Assembly (NCBI GenBank): GCA_020723325.1
Contig: DYJD01000003.1
Coordinates: forward strand, 167,822-231,821
Source: Desulfosudis oleivorans
GTDB taxonomy: Bacteria > Desulfobacterota > Desulfobacteria > Desulfobacterales > SURF-7
Direction of reading: 5' to 3'
DNA: 64,000 bases
Numbering within the stretch: position 1 is the stretch's first letter; the number at the start of each line of letters is the position of its first letter. The translations under genes and the position numbers were made by a program. Of the stretch, positions 9,601-18,332 are shown one piece after another. The notes beneath the pieces were generated by a model. It was given only the letters and a program-made list of their open reading frames with translations. It had not been told where the DNA came from and searched no databases.

Positions 9601-12600
9601 AATACGGCGCCCACACCTTCACCGGGAACGTAGCCGTCACCACCCTGGCCGAAACTGCGGCAGCGACCGTCACCGGCGATGAAATTCCCCAGGCTCAGCA
9701 GGAGATATTTATTGGGATGGAGGGAGAGGTTGACCCCGCCGGCCACGGCCATGGTGCAGTGGCCGCGCTGAATGCTCTCGCAGGCCAGATGAACGGCGCT
9801 GAGGGATGACGAGCAGGCCGTATCCACCGCCATGCTGGGGCCGGAAAAATTGAAAACATAGGAAACCCGGTTGGCGATGCTCCAGTAGCTTGACGAGGGC
9901 CGGACACCCTGGCCAAACATTTGATATTCCCCCCACATGACCCCCACAAAGACACCGACGGTTTCCTCGGAAAGGCTTGCGCGGGTGTGGCCCGCATCTT
10001 CCAGCGTATGCCAGGCGGTCTGAAGGAACAAGCGCTCCTGGGGGTCCATGTATTCGGCTTCCCGGGGTGAAATATTGAAAAACAAGGGATCAAATTTGTC
10101 CGCATCCTGGATGAAGCCCCCCCATTTGCTTTTGCTTTTTCCCGGCTGCGGGGCGTTTGGGTCGTAGAACTCCTGAAGATCCCAGCGCTCCTTTGGAATT
10201 TCCGTTATGCAATCTTTTCCGTTCACCAGGTTCCGCCAGAAGATCTCCACATTGTCTGCCAGGGGATATCGTCCGCTCAGGCCGACAACGGCGATATCCT
10301 CGTCCGCTGCTTGAGGGTTTTGGGCCGTGGCATGACGGAATTGATTTACCGGTTTTGGATTCATTGGAGAAGATTCCGGGGTTTTTACTTCCCGCAGATA
10401 AGTGTTTTCCGGACTTTTCAAGGCTGCCGGCGGATTTTGATGCCCCATGGTTGCAACCACCTTTTCAGGATGACGTTTGATAAAATAGTCGGCCAAATCG
10501 ACAAGATTGGAATATTCAAAAAAAAGCGTTTTGGGTATTTCGCCGAAATGCTTTTCCAATCTCACATTCAGCCGCATGATCATCAACGAATCGATTCCGA
10601 ATTTTTCAAAGGGCGTGTCGGCCCGGACCCTGGCTGGATCGAGTTTGGTCGCGGCGCACAGCTCTTTTTTCAAAAAGTCGGTCAGCCGTTCCTTCCATTC
10701 CATTGGTGTTGATGAAAGGTCCGGCGCGGCGCCTTTGCCAAAAACCTCAAGGCCGGAAACGGCCGGTTTTTCTTCCTTCCGGTTGAAAAGCCCCTGCTCC
10801 TGTTCCATGGGGGCACTTCCTGCAATTACAGCAAGCTGGGGGCCTTTATAGGTCAAGGCATATTCAAAGGCCTGGATGCCGGCTGCTGAATTCAAGGACA
10901 AAAGCCCGAAGACTTCTTGAAAATGGTTTTGCAGGGCCGCAGCATGGCCCATACCGCCCTGTTGCCACAGGGGCCAGTTTATGGCGAGGGTTTTTCCATG
11001 GCGCCGGCCTTTGCGCCGCAAGCGTTCCCGCCACACGGCAAAATGATCGAGATAACTGTTGGCATAGGCGTAATCGCTTTGGCCGCTATTGCCGAACACT
11101 GCTGCCAATGACGAAAACAGAATAAAAAAATCCAGGTTTTCATTTTTGGTAAAAACATCCAGATAGCGCGTGCCCGACACCTTGGGCGCCAAAACCGCTT
11201 GAATTTCGGCTTTGGTTTTTCGCAGAACAAAGGCGTCCTTGCTCACCCCGGCGCAATGCAGGATGCCGTTGATGGCGTGATGTTTTGATTTGACTTCCGC
11301 GACCAGACGTTTCACTTCCAAGGGTCTGGCGATATCGGCTTGGATGTATTCCACGGTGGCCCGGCCCCAATCCATTTGGGAAATACGGGCTGAAATGTCC
11401 GGGCTGAATTTCGAGCGTCCCACCAGGATCACTGTTCCTTGGGTTTTTTTCGCAAGGTATTCGGCAAATATCATTCCCAGGCGACCGGCACCGCCAGTGA
11501 TCAAGTAAATGCCCTTTGGGCGGAAGGCAATTGCAGAGGATGGGCCGTCCGCCTCCACCGGTTTGAGTGCTTTGGTATAGCGGTGGTCATTAAGATAGCG
11601 GATGTCGGCCGGTTCTGAGAAGGACATTTGAAATTCATTTACAATCAGCCGGGCCGTTTGCCAAGGAGCCTTGTTCACGCCTTGGCCGGAAGTAGTTTTC
11701 AGCGTGAGGGTTTTATAGCGGTAATTTGGATTTTCCTGATAAATCGTTTTGACAAGCCCGGACATGGCGGCCCAATGGGGGGCCATGTCCGTTTGTAATG
11801 GATATACATAGATCAGATCGACCTTGTTTTGCAGCCTGCTTGCCATCAGTGCCTGGGTTAAGAAAAAGACGGAATAAAAACCATGGGCCAAGCGGCGGCC
11901 CAATGCTGCCGGGGCCCGGCCGACCCTGGATTTGCTCCAATTATGAATGATTCCGATGCGGCTTTCCGGATCAAGGCCCAGAACCTTGATGAATTCCCCG
12001 TAGTTTTCACTTTCTTCCGGATTAAGGCTGAAATGACTTGCCCCTTTTTGCTGAAAGCGTTCATCAGCAGTAACCAGGATGATTTTTATCGCAAGGTTTT
12101 GGTCTTTCAGGAGTTGTTCCAAAGCATCCCGGAGATCGCCATCCGTATCCAGCAGCAGGATGGTTTGCAGGTTCTTGATTTCCGTGGTTGCAATTGTGCT
12201 TTCCGCTTTTTTCCATAGGAAATGGTAGTAGTATTGGGGCGGGTTGTCATCCCATGCTGGGGGTTCCTGGATCGCTTTAACACAAAAATTTTTGATGGAA
12301 ACCAGGGGATTGCCCTCAATATCCAGCAGGCGGATATGGAATTTCTTAACCTCGGCATGCAATTGTCTACCACTGTCGGCAACGGTGGCGTAGGCAAAAC
12401 AGGTTTCCGGCAATTCCCCCAGGATTTCCAACTCCTCAATTCCCATGGGAAGAAATAATTTTTCAGAATGGGCGCCGTTACCCTGGGACAGCAAGCCGAT
12501 CACGGTTTGAAAGGCGCCGTCGATCAAGATGGGATGAAGGGGATAATGTTTCAGGCTCGACTTCAAGTGCTGCGGCAGCTTCAGTTGCGCCAGGGATTCA

Positions 12601-15600
12601 TTGTGGTTGCTGAACAATTCCTGAATGGGTTGAAAATTCGGTCCGTAATTGAGTCCGGCATCGGAAAAGAGCGCATAGCATTCGGAACCGCTCTTGCGCC
12701 TGCTGCAGCGCCCCTTGATGGTTTCAATATCCAGGCCGGCCGGCTGATATCGCCGGTCATACACCAGCCGGCCCTTGGAGAACATTGTCGCCCCATCCGG
12801 ATCTGCTTCCGTGCTGAATTGAAACCGGGCGGCATTTTCTTCAGATGATAAATGCAAATGCACTTCCCGGGGGGCTGCCGCAATCTGAATGGGCCTGGCC
12901 CAAACCACATCCTGCAGTTTGCGCACCCGTCCATCCTTGAACTGTTCCGCCAACGCACGCGCCATTTCAAGATACATGGCGCCGGGCAGCACTTTGGCCT
13001 GGCCGATTTTATGATCGGCAATGTAAAATTCATCGCCTTTAACTTGGAGCGAATACTTGTTTGCGCGGGCGTCAAAGGCGTGGCCCGCACCAAATGCTTG
13101 AAACACGGAATCCATTTCAGCCGCAGCAGGGGCAATGTTGTCCGCGGCATCAGCGGCCTGGACCCAATAGCGGGTCTTGGCAAACGGATAGGTCGGCAGC
13201 GGCATGCGCTTGACCGCTTCGCTGCCGTGCAAGCGCCGCCAATCGATCGCCCGGCCGCTTACCCAGCTTCGGGCGATTGCAGGCAAATCCCCATAATCAA
13301 CAGGGGCGTTTCCGTCCGGCCTTTGGGTGTCTTCATTTAGGCCTGGATCATGGGCTTGAACCCTTCCCTTGAAAAAGCGTTCATCCTGGAAATCATCCGT
13401 GTTTAAATACGCACGCAGCAACCCGGCCAGTTCGGTCTTGCTTGCGACCAGCCATGCTGCTCTTGCCGCCATGGCTTCCCGGCCGCTCTGCAAGGTCCAG
13501 GCCATGTCCGCCAGTGAAAATCGGCTTGGATCGTCCGGCCCGGCTTTTTCAATAAAGTCCAGCAGGTCTTCCACATAGCAGCGCAGCCGGGCTTCATCCC
13601 CGGCTGACAGGATGATCAGTTGCTTGGATGGAGTGGCCGGCCGGGTTGCGCCTGGGGCGGAGTCAGCCGGAATGATATATTCTTCCAAAACCGCATGGGC
13701 ATTGACACCGCCGAAGCCGAAGGAGCTGATGCCGGCCCGGTGTGGAATCTCTTGATTCTTTTCATCACGGAGCCGGTCCCAGGTTTTGGTTTTTTCCACA
13801 ACGTAGAAGGGCGTATCCGCAATATCGATATAAGGATTCAGCTTTTTGAAATGGATGCCGGCCGGCAGTTTGCCGTGTTTCAGGGCCAAAACCAGCTTGA
13901 TTAGCCCGGCGATCCCGGCGGCGGTCTCCAGATGCCCGATATTGGTTTTCACTGAACCCAGCCCGCAGCGGGCTTCCCCGGCAAAGGCTTTGTTCCCTTG
14001 GGCATACAGGCGGCTGAAGGCCTTGACCAGGCCTTGGATTTCAGCCGGATCACCAAGGGCCGTCCCGGTGCCGTGGGTTTCAATATAGGTTATGGTGGCG
14101 GGATCGATCCCCGCTTTTTCCACTGCGTCCACAATCAGGGCCGCCTGGGCATTCACATTGGGCGCGGTGATGGACTGGGCCTTGCCGCCATGATTGACAG
14201 CCGTGCTTTTGATCACGGCGTAAATAAAATCCCGGTCTTTTTCCGCCGCAGCTAATGGCTTGAGTAAAACCGCACCCACGCCTTCACCACGGACATAGCC
14301 GTCGGCAGCCATATCAAAGGTTTTGCATTTGCCGTCCGCGGCCAACATGCCGGCACAGTTGAAGGCAATGTTCAGGGTGGGGGTCAGCATCACATTCACG
14401 CCGCCGGCCAGGGCCATGGAGCAGGTCCCACTGCGGATGGCCTCAACCGCCCGGTGCAAGGCCACCAGGGAGCTGGAGCAGGCGGTATCCACCGGCTCGC
14501 TTGGGCCGTGCAAATTCAGCATATAGGAAATACGATTGGCCAGGATGGAATGGGAAAGCCCGGTGGCGGTATAGGCATCCACCGGAATACCGCTGTTGTG
14601 GACGAGCTCCGCATAATCCGAGGTGCCAACACCCACAAAAACACCGATCTTCATGTCGGCAAGACTTCCGGGCCGATAGCCGGCATTTTCAATGGTGTGC
14701 CACGCGGTTTGCAAAAAAAGCCGCTGCTGGGGGTCCATCAACTCCGCTTCATGGGGGGTGATCCCGAAAAACCTGGCGTCGAAAGCCGCCACATGGTCCA
14801 TGAACCCGCCCCATTTGGCCGTGGTTTTGTTGTTTTCCTTGAGGGGCGTACCATAGCGGGCCTGCCAATCCCAGCGCTCCTTGGGAACGACGCTGATCAG
14901 ATCATGACCGCATTCAAGATGATTCCAAAAGGCCTCCAGATCCTTTGACTGGGGCATGCGCCCGCTTATGCCGATGATGGCGATGGCATCCGCCTGCTGA
15001 CCGGTCTTGAATTCAGCGGCGGCCCTTGAGTGGGGGAGCTTCTGTTCCCGGACAGGCGCCGGCTTTGTCAGGTGATTCGTCACCAGGTAATGACCAAAGG
15101 CGGCCAGGCTCTGATGCTCAAAAAACACGGCCGGTTTCAATGCCACCCCATATTTCCGGTTGACTGCCGTTGTGATTTTGATCAAGGCAAGGGAGGTGAA
15201 GCCATATTCGCCGATGTTTCTTTCAATATCCAGTTCTTGGGGTTTTATTTTCAGTACGCCGGCGGCAATCCGCCTGAGTTCAGCCAGTACTTGGCCTGGA
15301 TCAATCACCGGGTCCGGCCCTGAACCATCGGGCTGGTAAGCGCCGGTGGAAAATAATTCCTGGTCAATCAGTTTTGCCAGGCGCTCCATGCCCTGATCAA
15401 ACTCACCGGCCAAATAATCCTTGCGAAGCTTGGCGCGCTGCAATTTGCCGCTGGTGGTTTTGGGAATGCGCTCAACGGGGATGATCTGTTTGATGGTGAT
15501 TCCGATTTTGGCCTGAATGCAATGGTGCAGCTTCACAGCCAGGGGAACCATGGCGTTAAGGTTCATGGTCTTGTCGGCGATGAAGACAAGCAGTTCGTCT

Positions 15601-17993
15601 TCTTTGGCCTGGTGGTTGAAAACACCCACGGCGGCGATTTGTCGGTTTTCATTTTCCAATGACTGTTGCAGCGTGTTTTCGATGTCATGGGAGTAGTAGT
15701 TGAGACCGCCGACGAAAATGATATCCTTTTCCCGGCCGGTGACAATCAGACGGCCGTTCTGGAAAAAGCCGAGATCGCCGGTGACAAACCAACCAGCGCT
15801 TGTGAAAGCCGCTTGGGTGGCTGCTTGGTTTTGAAAATAGCCGGAGGTTACATTGGCGCCCTTGATTTGGATGCGGCCGATGCAGCCGTCCGGCAGGGGG
15901 CGGTCTTGTCCGTCGACGATACGAACCGAGACATGCGGCAACGGCCGGCCCAGGTCCACAAAATGAATGCCCTGGGGATGTTGGCTGTCAACATGGACGA
16001 CTTGGTCTCCAAGGCCCACCTGATTTCGATCCAAGCGCACGGATTGAAGCCCTTGGCCCGGATGGGGGAAGCTGACGGCCAGGGTCGCCTCGGCCAAGCC
16101 GTAAACCGGATACATGACGCCTGGCTTCAAGCCAAAGGGCGCCAGCTTTTCCAAAAAATCCTGGGCCAGTTCATAGGAAATGGGCTCGGCGCCGTTGAAA
16201 ATCAATTTGACGCAAGCAAGATCCAGATCCGGCGGTTTATTGGCGGCGTCCTGCTCCTGGGTGAACAGCTTTAGAAAATGGTTGAGCCCGGAGTTGGGGG
16301 AAGCCAAATAGGTGGCCTTATGCCTTGCGGCAAGTTCCAGCCATTTGGTGGGAAAAAGTAAAAAAAGCACTGTGGGCGCCAGGATTTGATTGATGCCGAT
16401 AAAAGTGGGAAACAAATGAAAGCCGATCAGGCCCATATCATGGGTCAACGGCATCCAGGAAAAAGTTTTATTGGAGGCTGCATGGCAAGGGGCCAGCCCC
16501 CAGCCGATATCCGCAAGATTGGTGATCAGATTCCCATGGGTCAACATCACTCCCTTGGGCTCGCCGGTGGTGCCCGAGGAAAACTGGATCAGGGCCGGAT
16601 TTTCGGGGGCGGCAGGATGAATCCTTCCGAGGTTTTCCGGGGCATAGTCGATTTCGTCTAAAACAACTGCTTTTTCTTGAATTTCACGGAGCGCGTTTTC
16701 AAAATTATTTTTAGCGGCAAACTCCTCCAAACCGGCCAATCGGTTTCGGGAAGTCAGGATATATTTCTGTTCCAGGATATCCCAAATCTTGAACACTTTT
16801 AACAGGTGGTCCGAATGGTTGCGCACCTCCACCGGCACCGGCAAAAAACCGCCCAAAACACAGGCCCAGAAGGCGATCACAAAATTATTTTCCGATTCAA
16901 TCTGAAAGACCACCTGGTCATGAGGCCCTATGCCTTTGGCTTGGAGTCTGTGCAGCAGTTTGCGCGCCGCTTTGTAAATATCATGATAGGAATGGAAAAC
17001 TTCTTTCACGGTGAAAGTGGCCGGGTCGGGCGTGAGAAAGGTGATGCCGAGTTCGGTATTCTCTCCGGCCCGGATAAAGACATCCGTCAGGGTTTTATAC
17101 CGGCTTGTTTCTTGTTCATCTTGCGCAAAAGAAGCCCGAATGTTTTTGACAAATTTGGTGAGCGGTTTTGCTTTGCCGATTTCCACAAACTGAACTTCCC
17201 CTTGGCGGAGCACGTACAGAATACTGTCCTTCCAGCGCACCGGGGCGGTAATCTGCCCGGCCAGGGTTTGTTTCAGTTCCAAGTGTTTGTACGGTCCGGC
17301 ATGGGTATTGGCAATCACCGGCAGGGTCAACGCGGAAAATTCAAATTCATTGAGAAAGCGTTCAAATTCCTTGGCCGCGGCAGCCATATGGGGGGAGTGA
17401 AAGGCGCCGCCGACATTAAGGCGGACATAGTGTTCCGCGCCCGCGGCCCTGAAAAACGGTTCGGCTGTTGTAATCTGGGCCGCATCACCGGATATCACGG
17501 TTTGCGACAAGGAATTTTCGTTGGCGATATATAGCGAATCCAGTTGATGAGAGCGGAGCACTTCATGGACGGCGGCCGGAGCCAGTCCCAGCACGGCGGC
17601 CATGGCGCCGCCGGCTGCGGCGGCCATTAATTCCGCTCTTTTTTTCACCAACCTGAGCCCGGTTTCAAAATCAAAGACGCCGGCTGCCAGCAGGGCATTA
17701 TATTCGCCCAGGCTGTGCCCCAGGGCAAAATCAACGGCCGCCGGCTGTTGTTCGATATATTCCAAATAGTGAAAAGTGTTGATGATAAAGATCGCCGGCT
17801 GGGCAAAGCGGGTTTGCCCCAGGGCATTGCCGGGATTGGCAAGGCAAATCTCCTTGATGGAATAACCCAACAGTTCATCGGCTTTTTGGGTCAGGGTCTG
17901 GTATTTATCAAACAGCGCAAGGCCCATGCCCTGCTGTTGCGTGCCTTGTCCTGGGAATAGTAATGCAACCATAACTACCGTTTCTGCAACCAT
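6672..17993 (-). CDS. type I polyketide megasynthase, AT-FAAL-ACP-KS-DH-KR-ACP-KS-ACP-R (3773 aa)
   Basis: One uninterrupted 11.3-kb ORF with ordered catalytic motifs. AT: GHSLGE. Acyl-AMP ligase: FSSGTTGEPKGV, GREKDIIFVGGLNYYSHDIE and PKTTSGKLQR. ACP: GFTSL. KS: DTACSSS, HGTGT and NIGHLE. DH: HKIGQAKVLP. KR: LITGGAGRLG and SDYAYAN. ACP: GIDSL. Second KS: DTACSSS, HGTGT and NIGHLE. ACP: GLDSI. Thioester reductase: LLTGATGVLGG and YARSKYEAE. Confidence 0.95.
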   Translation of the reverse strand: MVAETVVMVALLFPGQGTQQQGMGLALFDKYQTLTQKADELLGYSIKEICLANPGNALGQTRFAQPAIFIINTFHYLEYIEQQPAAVDFALGHSLGEYNALLAAGVFDFETGLRLVKKRAELMAAAAGGAMAAVLGLAPAAVHEVLRSHQLDSLYIANENSLSQTVISGDAAQITTAEPFFRAAGAEHYVRLNVGGAFHSPHMAAAAKEFERFLNEFEFSALTLPVIANTHAGPYKHLELKQTLAGQITAPVRWKDSILYVLRQGEVQFVEIGKAKPLTKFVKNIRASFAQDEQETSRYKTLTDVFIRAGENTELGITFLTPDPATFTVKEVFHSYHDIYKAARKLLHRLQAKGIGPHDQVVFQIESENNFVIAFWACVLGGFLPVPVEVRNHSDHLLKVFKIWDILEQKYILTSRNRLAGLEEFAAKNNFENALREIQEKAVVLDEIDYAPENLGRIHPAAPENPALIQFSSGTTGEPKGVMLTHGNLITNLADIGWGLAPCHAASNKTFSWMPLTHDMGLIGFHLFPTFIGINQILAPTVLFLLFPTKWLELAARHKATYLASPNSGLNHFLKLFTQEQDAANKPPDLDLACVKLIFNGAEPISYELAQDFLEKLAPFGLKPGVMYPVYGLAEATLAVSFPHPGQGLQSVRLDRNQVGLGDQVVHVDSQHPQGIHFVDLGRPLPHVSVRIVDGQDRPLPDGCIGRIQIKGANVTSGYFQNQAATQAAFTSAGWFVTGDLGFFQNGRLIVTGREKDIIFVGGLNYYSHDIENTLQQSLENENRQIAAVGVFNHQAKEDELLVFIADKTMNLNAMVPLAVKLHHCIQAKIGITIKQIIPVERIPKTTSGKLQRAKLRKDYLAGEFDQGMERLAKLIDQELFSTGAYQPDGSGPDPVIDPGQVLAELRRIAAGVLKIKPQELDIERNIGEYGFTSLALIKITTAVNRKYGVALKPAVFFEHQSLAAFGHYLVTNHLTKPAPVREQKLPHSRAAAEFKTGQQADAIAIIGISGRMPQSKDLEAFWNHLECGHDLISVVPKERWDWQARYGTPLKENNKTTAKWGGFMDHVAAFDARFFGITPHEAELMDPQQRLFLQTAWHTIENAGYRPGSLADMKIGVFVGVGTSDYAELVHNSGIPVDAYTATGLSHSILANRISYMLNLHGPSEPVDTACSSSLVALHRAVEAIRSGTCSMALAGGVNVMLTPTLNIAFNCAGMLAADGKCKTFDMAADGYVRGEGVGAVLLKPLAAAEKDRDFIYAVIKSTAVNHGGKAQSITAPNVNAQAALIVDAVEKAGIDPATITYIETHGTGTALGDPAEIQGLVKAFSRLYAQGNKAFAGEARCGLGSVKTNIGHLETAAGIAGLIKLVLALKHGKLPAGIHFKKLNPYIDIADTPFYVVEKTKTWDRLRDEKNQEIPHRAGISSFGFGGVNAHAVLEEYIIPADSAPGATRPATPSKQLIILSAGDEARLRCYVEDLLDFIEKAGPDDPSRFSLADMAWTLQSGREAMAARAAWLVASKTELAGLLRAYLNTDDFQDERFFKGRVQAHDPGLNEDTQRPDGNAPVDYGDLPAIARSWVSGRAIDWRRLHGSEAVKRMPLPTYPFAKTRYWVQAADAADNIAPAAAEMDSVFQAFGAGHAFDARANKYSLQVKGDEFYIADHKIGQAKVLPGAMYLEMARALAEQFKDGRVRKLQDVVWARPIQIAAAPREVHLHLSSEENAARFQFSTEADPDGATMFSKGRLVYDRRYQPAGLDIETIKGRCSRRKSGSECYALFSDAGLNYGPNFQPIQELFSNHNESLAQLKLPQHLKSSLKHYPLHPILIDGAFQTVIGLLSQGNGAHSEKLFLPMGIEELEILGELPETCFAYATVADSGRQLHAEVKKFHIRLLDIEGNPLVSIKNFCVKAIQEPPAWDDNPPQYYYHFLWKKAESTIATTEIKNLQTILLLDTDGDLRDALEQLLKDQNLAIKIILVTADERFQQKGASHFSLNPEESENYGEFIKVLGLDPESRIGIIHNWSKSRVGRAPAALGRRLAHGFYSVFFLTQALMASRLQNKVDLIYVYPLQTDMAPHWAAMSGLVKTIYQENPNYRYKTLTLKTTSGQGVNKAPWQTARLIVNEFQMSFSEPADIRYLNDHRYTKALKPVEADGPSSAIAFRPKGIYLITGGAGRLGMIFAEYLAKKTQGTVILVGRSKFSPDISARISQMDWGRATVEYIQADIARPLEVKRLVAEVKSKHHAINGILHCAGVSKDAFVLRKTKAEIQAVLAPKVSGTRYLDVFTKNENLDFFILFSSLAAVFGNSGQSDYAYANSYLDHFAVWRERLRRKGRRHGKTLAINWPLWQQGGMGHAAALQNHFQEVFGLLSLNSAAGIQAFEYALTYKGPQLAVIAGSAPMEQEQGLFNRKEEKPAVSGLEVFGKGAAPDLSSTPMEWKERLTDFLKKELCAATKLDPARVRADTPFEKFGIDSLMIMRLNVRLEKHFGEIPKTLFFEYSNLVDLADYFIKRHPEKVVATMGHQNPPAALKSPENTYLREVKTPESSPMNPKPVNQFRHATAQNPQAADEDIAVVGLSGRYPLADNVEIFWRNLVNGKDCITEIPKERWDLQEFYDPNAPQPGKSKSKWGGFIQDADKFDPLFFNISPREAEYMDPQERLFLQTAWHTLEDAGHTRASLSEETVGVFVGVMWGEYQMFGQGVRPSSSYWSIANRVSYVFNFSGPSMAVDTACSSSLSAVHLACESIQRGHCTMAVAGGVNLSLHPNKYLLLSLGNFIAGDGRCRSFGQGGDGYVPGEGVGAVLLKPLGRAIADGDNIQAVIKGTAVNHGGRTNGYTVPNPKAQSRVILNAFKRANVDPRTISCLEAHGTGTALGDPIEIAGLISAFEQGMPSQDSDGRRQRYCSIGSVKSNIGHLESAAGMAALTKVILQMKHKKLVPSLHAEIVNPLIDFKNSPFHLQAELSDWKKPLISQNGQNAAGPRRAGISSFGAGGSNSHLIVEEFETGDDVQQADPALGTWIFVLSARNSERLKAYAETILDFFKDHGLMKQTAQGVTASATHMIMPAGLTLTNFCYTFQVGREAMPARLALLVSGWDDLAGKLNAYCLGEHNIEQVWINSDGGVGTDLDLLLDGEEGLSFLNSIIHSKKFQKLAKLWVSGLDINWHLLYPGLRPRRISAPAYPFAKERCWITVESIDQAPSRMEPVPKTVPARQPEIRFEKTAWAESRTVPLLVEKVSSLLKINKASLRLDTALADYGLDSITSMRLANEIEKAFGIKLALESIQTSSMEELARRIDAQKASPPNKPDSATRSADSDDDHPAADKFGFLEQPEIPITLANQADLFPPAVHQAKELQTRRILLTGATGVLGGRLVKDFLENTDSTIYCLVRAQDREHAKKRIRAMLQIYSPNQRLSEQFEQRVIPVVGDVIQPDLKMSAKEYHQLAQSVDMVIHSAAKTSLHGNYRELKVVNVDGTRHMIDFCLNTAQRYFVFVSSYVVMGDRQFTASRPYTEKDFQVGQGFENLGYARSKYEAEKLVRLAHGHGLRWIIARPGNIMGDSRLGTYPLGKSQVPGIFYDIFKTVVKNQIAVNAIQFFDIAPSDYVGQSLVYLSTQLKTVFATYHLNNPHPKTFKEIMDLLAGCGFGLNYLEIDEFKASLDYIRKYDSLTADLLQFNPAMMPHNESTYADATYTAAILEQAGIRCPRINQALMETYMKYCLAVNYIQKNTPKEKLVNKMKYEYIKKMTTRGKLPGRPRPGSVSQKISAALDGKWIPRLASMGK
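6834..7946 (-). other. PKS domain: terminal NAD(P)H-dependent thioester reductase (R/TD)
   Basis: aa ~3350-3720. Motifs are RILLTGATGVLGGRL, VIHSAA and the catalytic GYARSKYEAEK (Tyr/Lys). No thioesterase is present. Confidence 0.85.
8124..8342 (-). other. PKS domain: ACP3
   Basis: aa ~3218-3290, with LADYGLDSITSM (Ser3254). Confidence 0.8.
9006..10301 (-). other. PKS domain: KS2 (Cys-His-His intact)
   Basis: aa ~2565-2996. The triad is VDTACSSS (Cys2727; DNA checked at 9827-9804), EAHGTGT (His2862) and SNIGHLE (His2909). It is followed by an AT-less linker ending SAPAYPFAKERCW. Confidence 0.9.
10470..10700 (-). other. PKS domain: ACP2
   Basis: aa ~2432-2508, with FEKFGIDSLM (Ser2469; DNA checked at 10589-10587). 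Confidence 0.8.
10809..12191 (-). other. PKS domain: ketoreductase (KR, structural + catalytic subdomains)
   Basis: aa ~1935-2395, with the Rossmann motif GIYLITGGAGRLG and the catalytic region SSLAAVFGNSGQSDYAYAN. Confidence 0.8.
12264..13106 (-). other. PKS domain: dehydratase (DH)
   Basis: aa ~1630-1910. Carries the HxxxGxxxxP motif ADHKIGQAKVLPG (His1661) and a downstream HPILIDGAFQ. Confidence 0.75.
13683..14990 (-). other. PKS domain: KS1 (Cys-His-His intact)
   Basis: aa ~1002-1437. The triad is DTACSSS (Cys1172; DNA checked at 14489-14469), ETHGTGT (His1307) and NIGHLE (His1354). It is followed by an AT-less linker ending PLPTYPFAKTRYW. Confidence 0.9.
15078..15305 (-). other. PKS domain: ACP1
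   Basis: aa ~897-972, phosphopantetheine site GEYGFTSL (Ser934). Confidence 0.75.
15396..17096 (-). other. PKS domain: fatty acyl-AMP ligase-type adenylation (loading) domain
   Basis: aa ~300-866. Motifs are FSSGTTGEPKGVMLTH, YGLAEATL, GWFVTGDLGF, TGREKDIIFVGGLNYYSHDIE and KTTSGKLQR. Confidence 0.8.
17139..17972 (-). other. PKS domain: N-terminal acyltransferase (FabD/malonyl-CoA:ACP transacylase-like)
   Basis: aa ~8-285. Motifs are LLFPGQGTQ, GHSLGEYNAL (Ser94) and GAFHSPHM. Confidence 0.85.
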
Positions 17994-18224
17994 TCAAACA
18001 TGGAATGGGTAGGGACTACCACAAGATCTTGCTATGTTTTGAAACAGCAACAACAAAACATAATGCTTCAAAACAGAGCGACATTCCTGTATAAATGCTG
18101 CCGCACTGCTGATTTTAGATTAAAATAGTGCTATATAGCAGAAAAAACAAATGAATTTAAAAATATGAAATCCCCTGGGATGGCTTGTATTGAAATAGGG
18201 ATGGAGAGTCAATATGAAAAAGTG

Positions 18225-18252
18225 TTTCATGAAAATTTCTGTTTTAACATGA
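18225..18252. promoter_or_regulatory. candidate operator, site B: TTTCATGAAA-a-TTTCTGT-tttaa-CATGA, ~230 nt upstream of the PKS start
   Basis: Contains the perfect 10-bp palindrome TTTCATGAAA plus TTTCTGT plus a second CATGA half-site. The same composite motif is found at 20576-20603. Confidence 0.4.
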
Positions 18253-18332
18253 AATATAAATGCATTTTAAAACAGAGGTAATGCTCAGATAACTAGTCCG
18301 CAGGCTGAAGGATAGAATATTCACCTGGGCAG

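Noticed and set aside
17994-18332. Search for a sigma54-type (TGGCAC-N5-TTGC) or clear sigma70 promoter upstream of the PKS
   Set aside because: I found no convincing match on the minus strand by eye. No promoter is called, and only the shared palindromic motif is reported.
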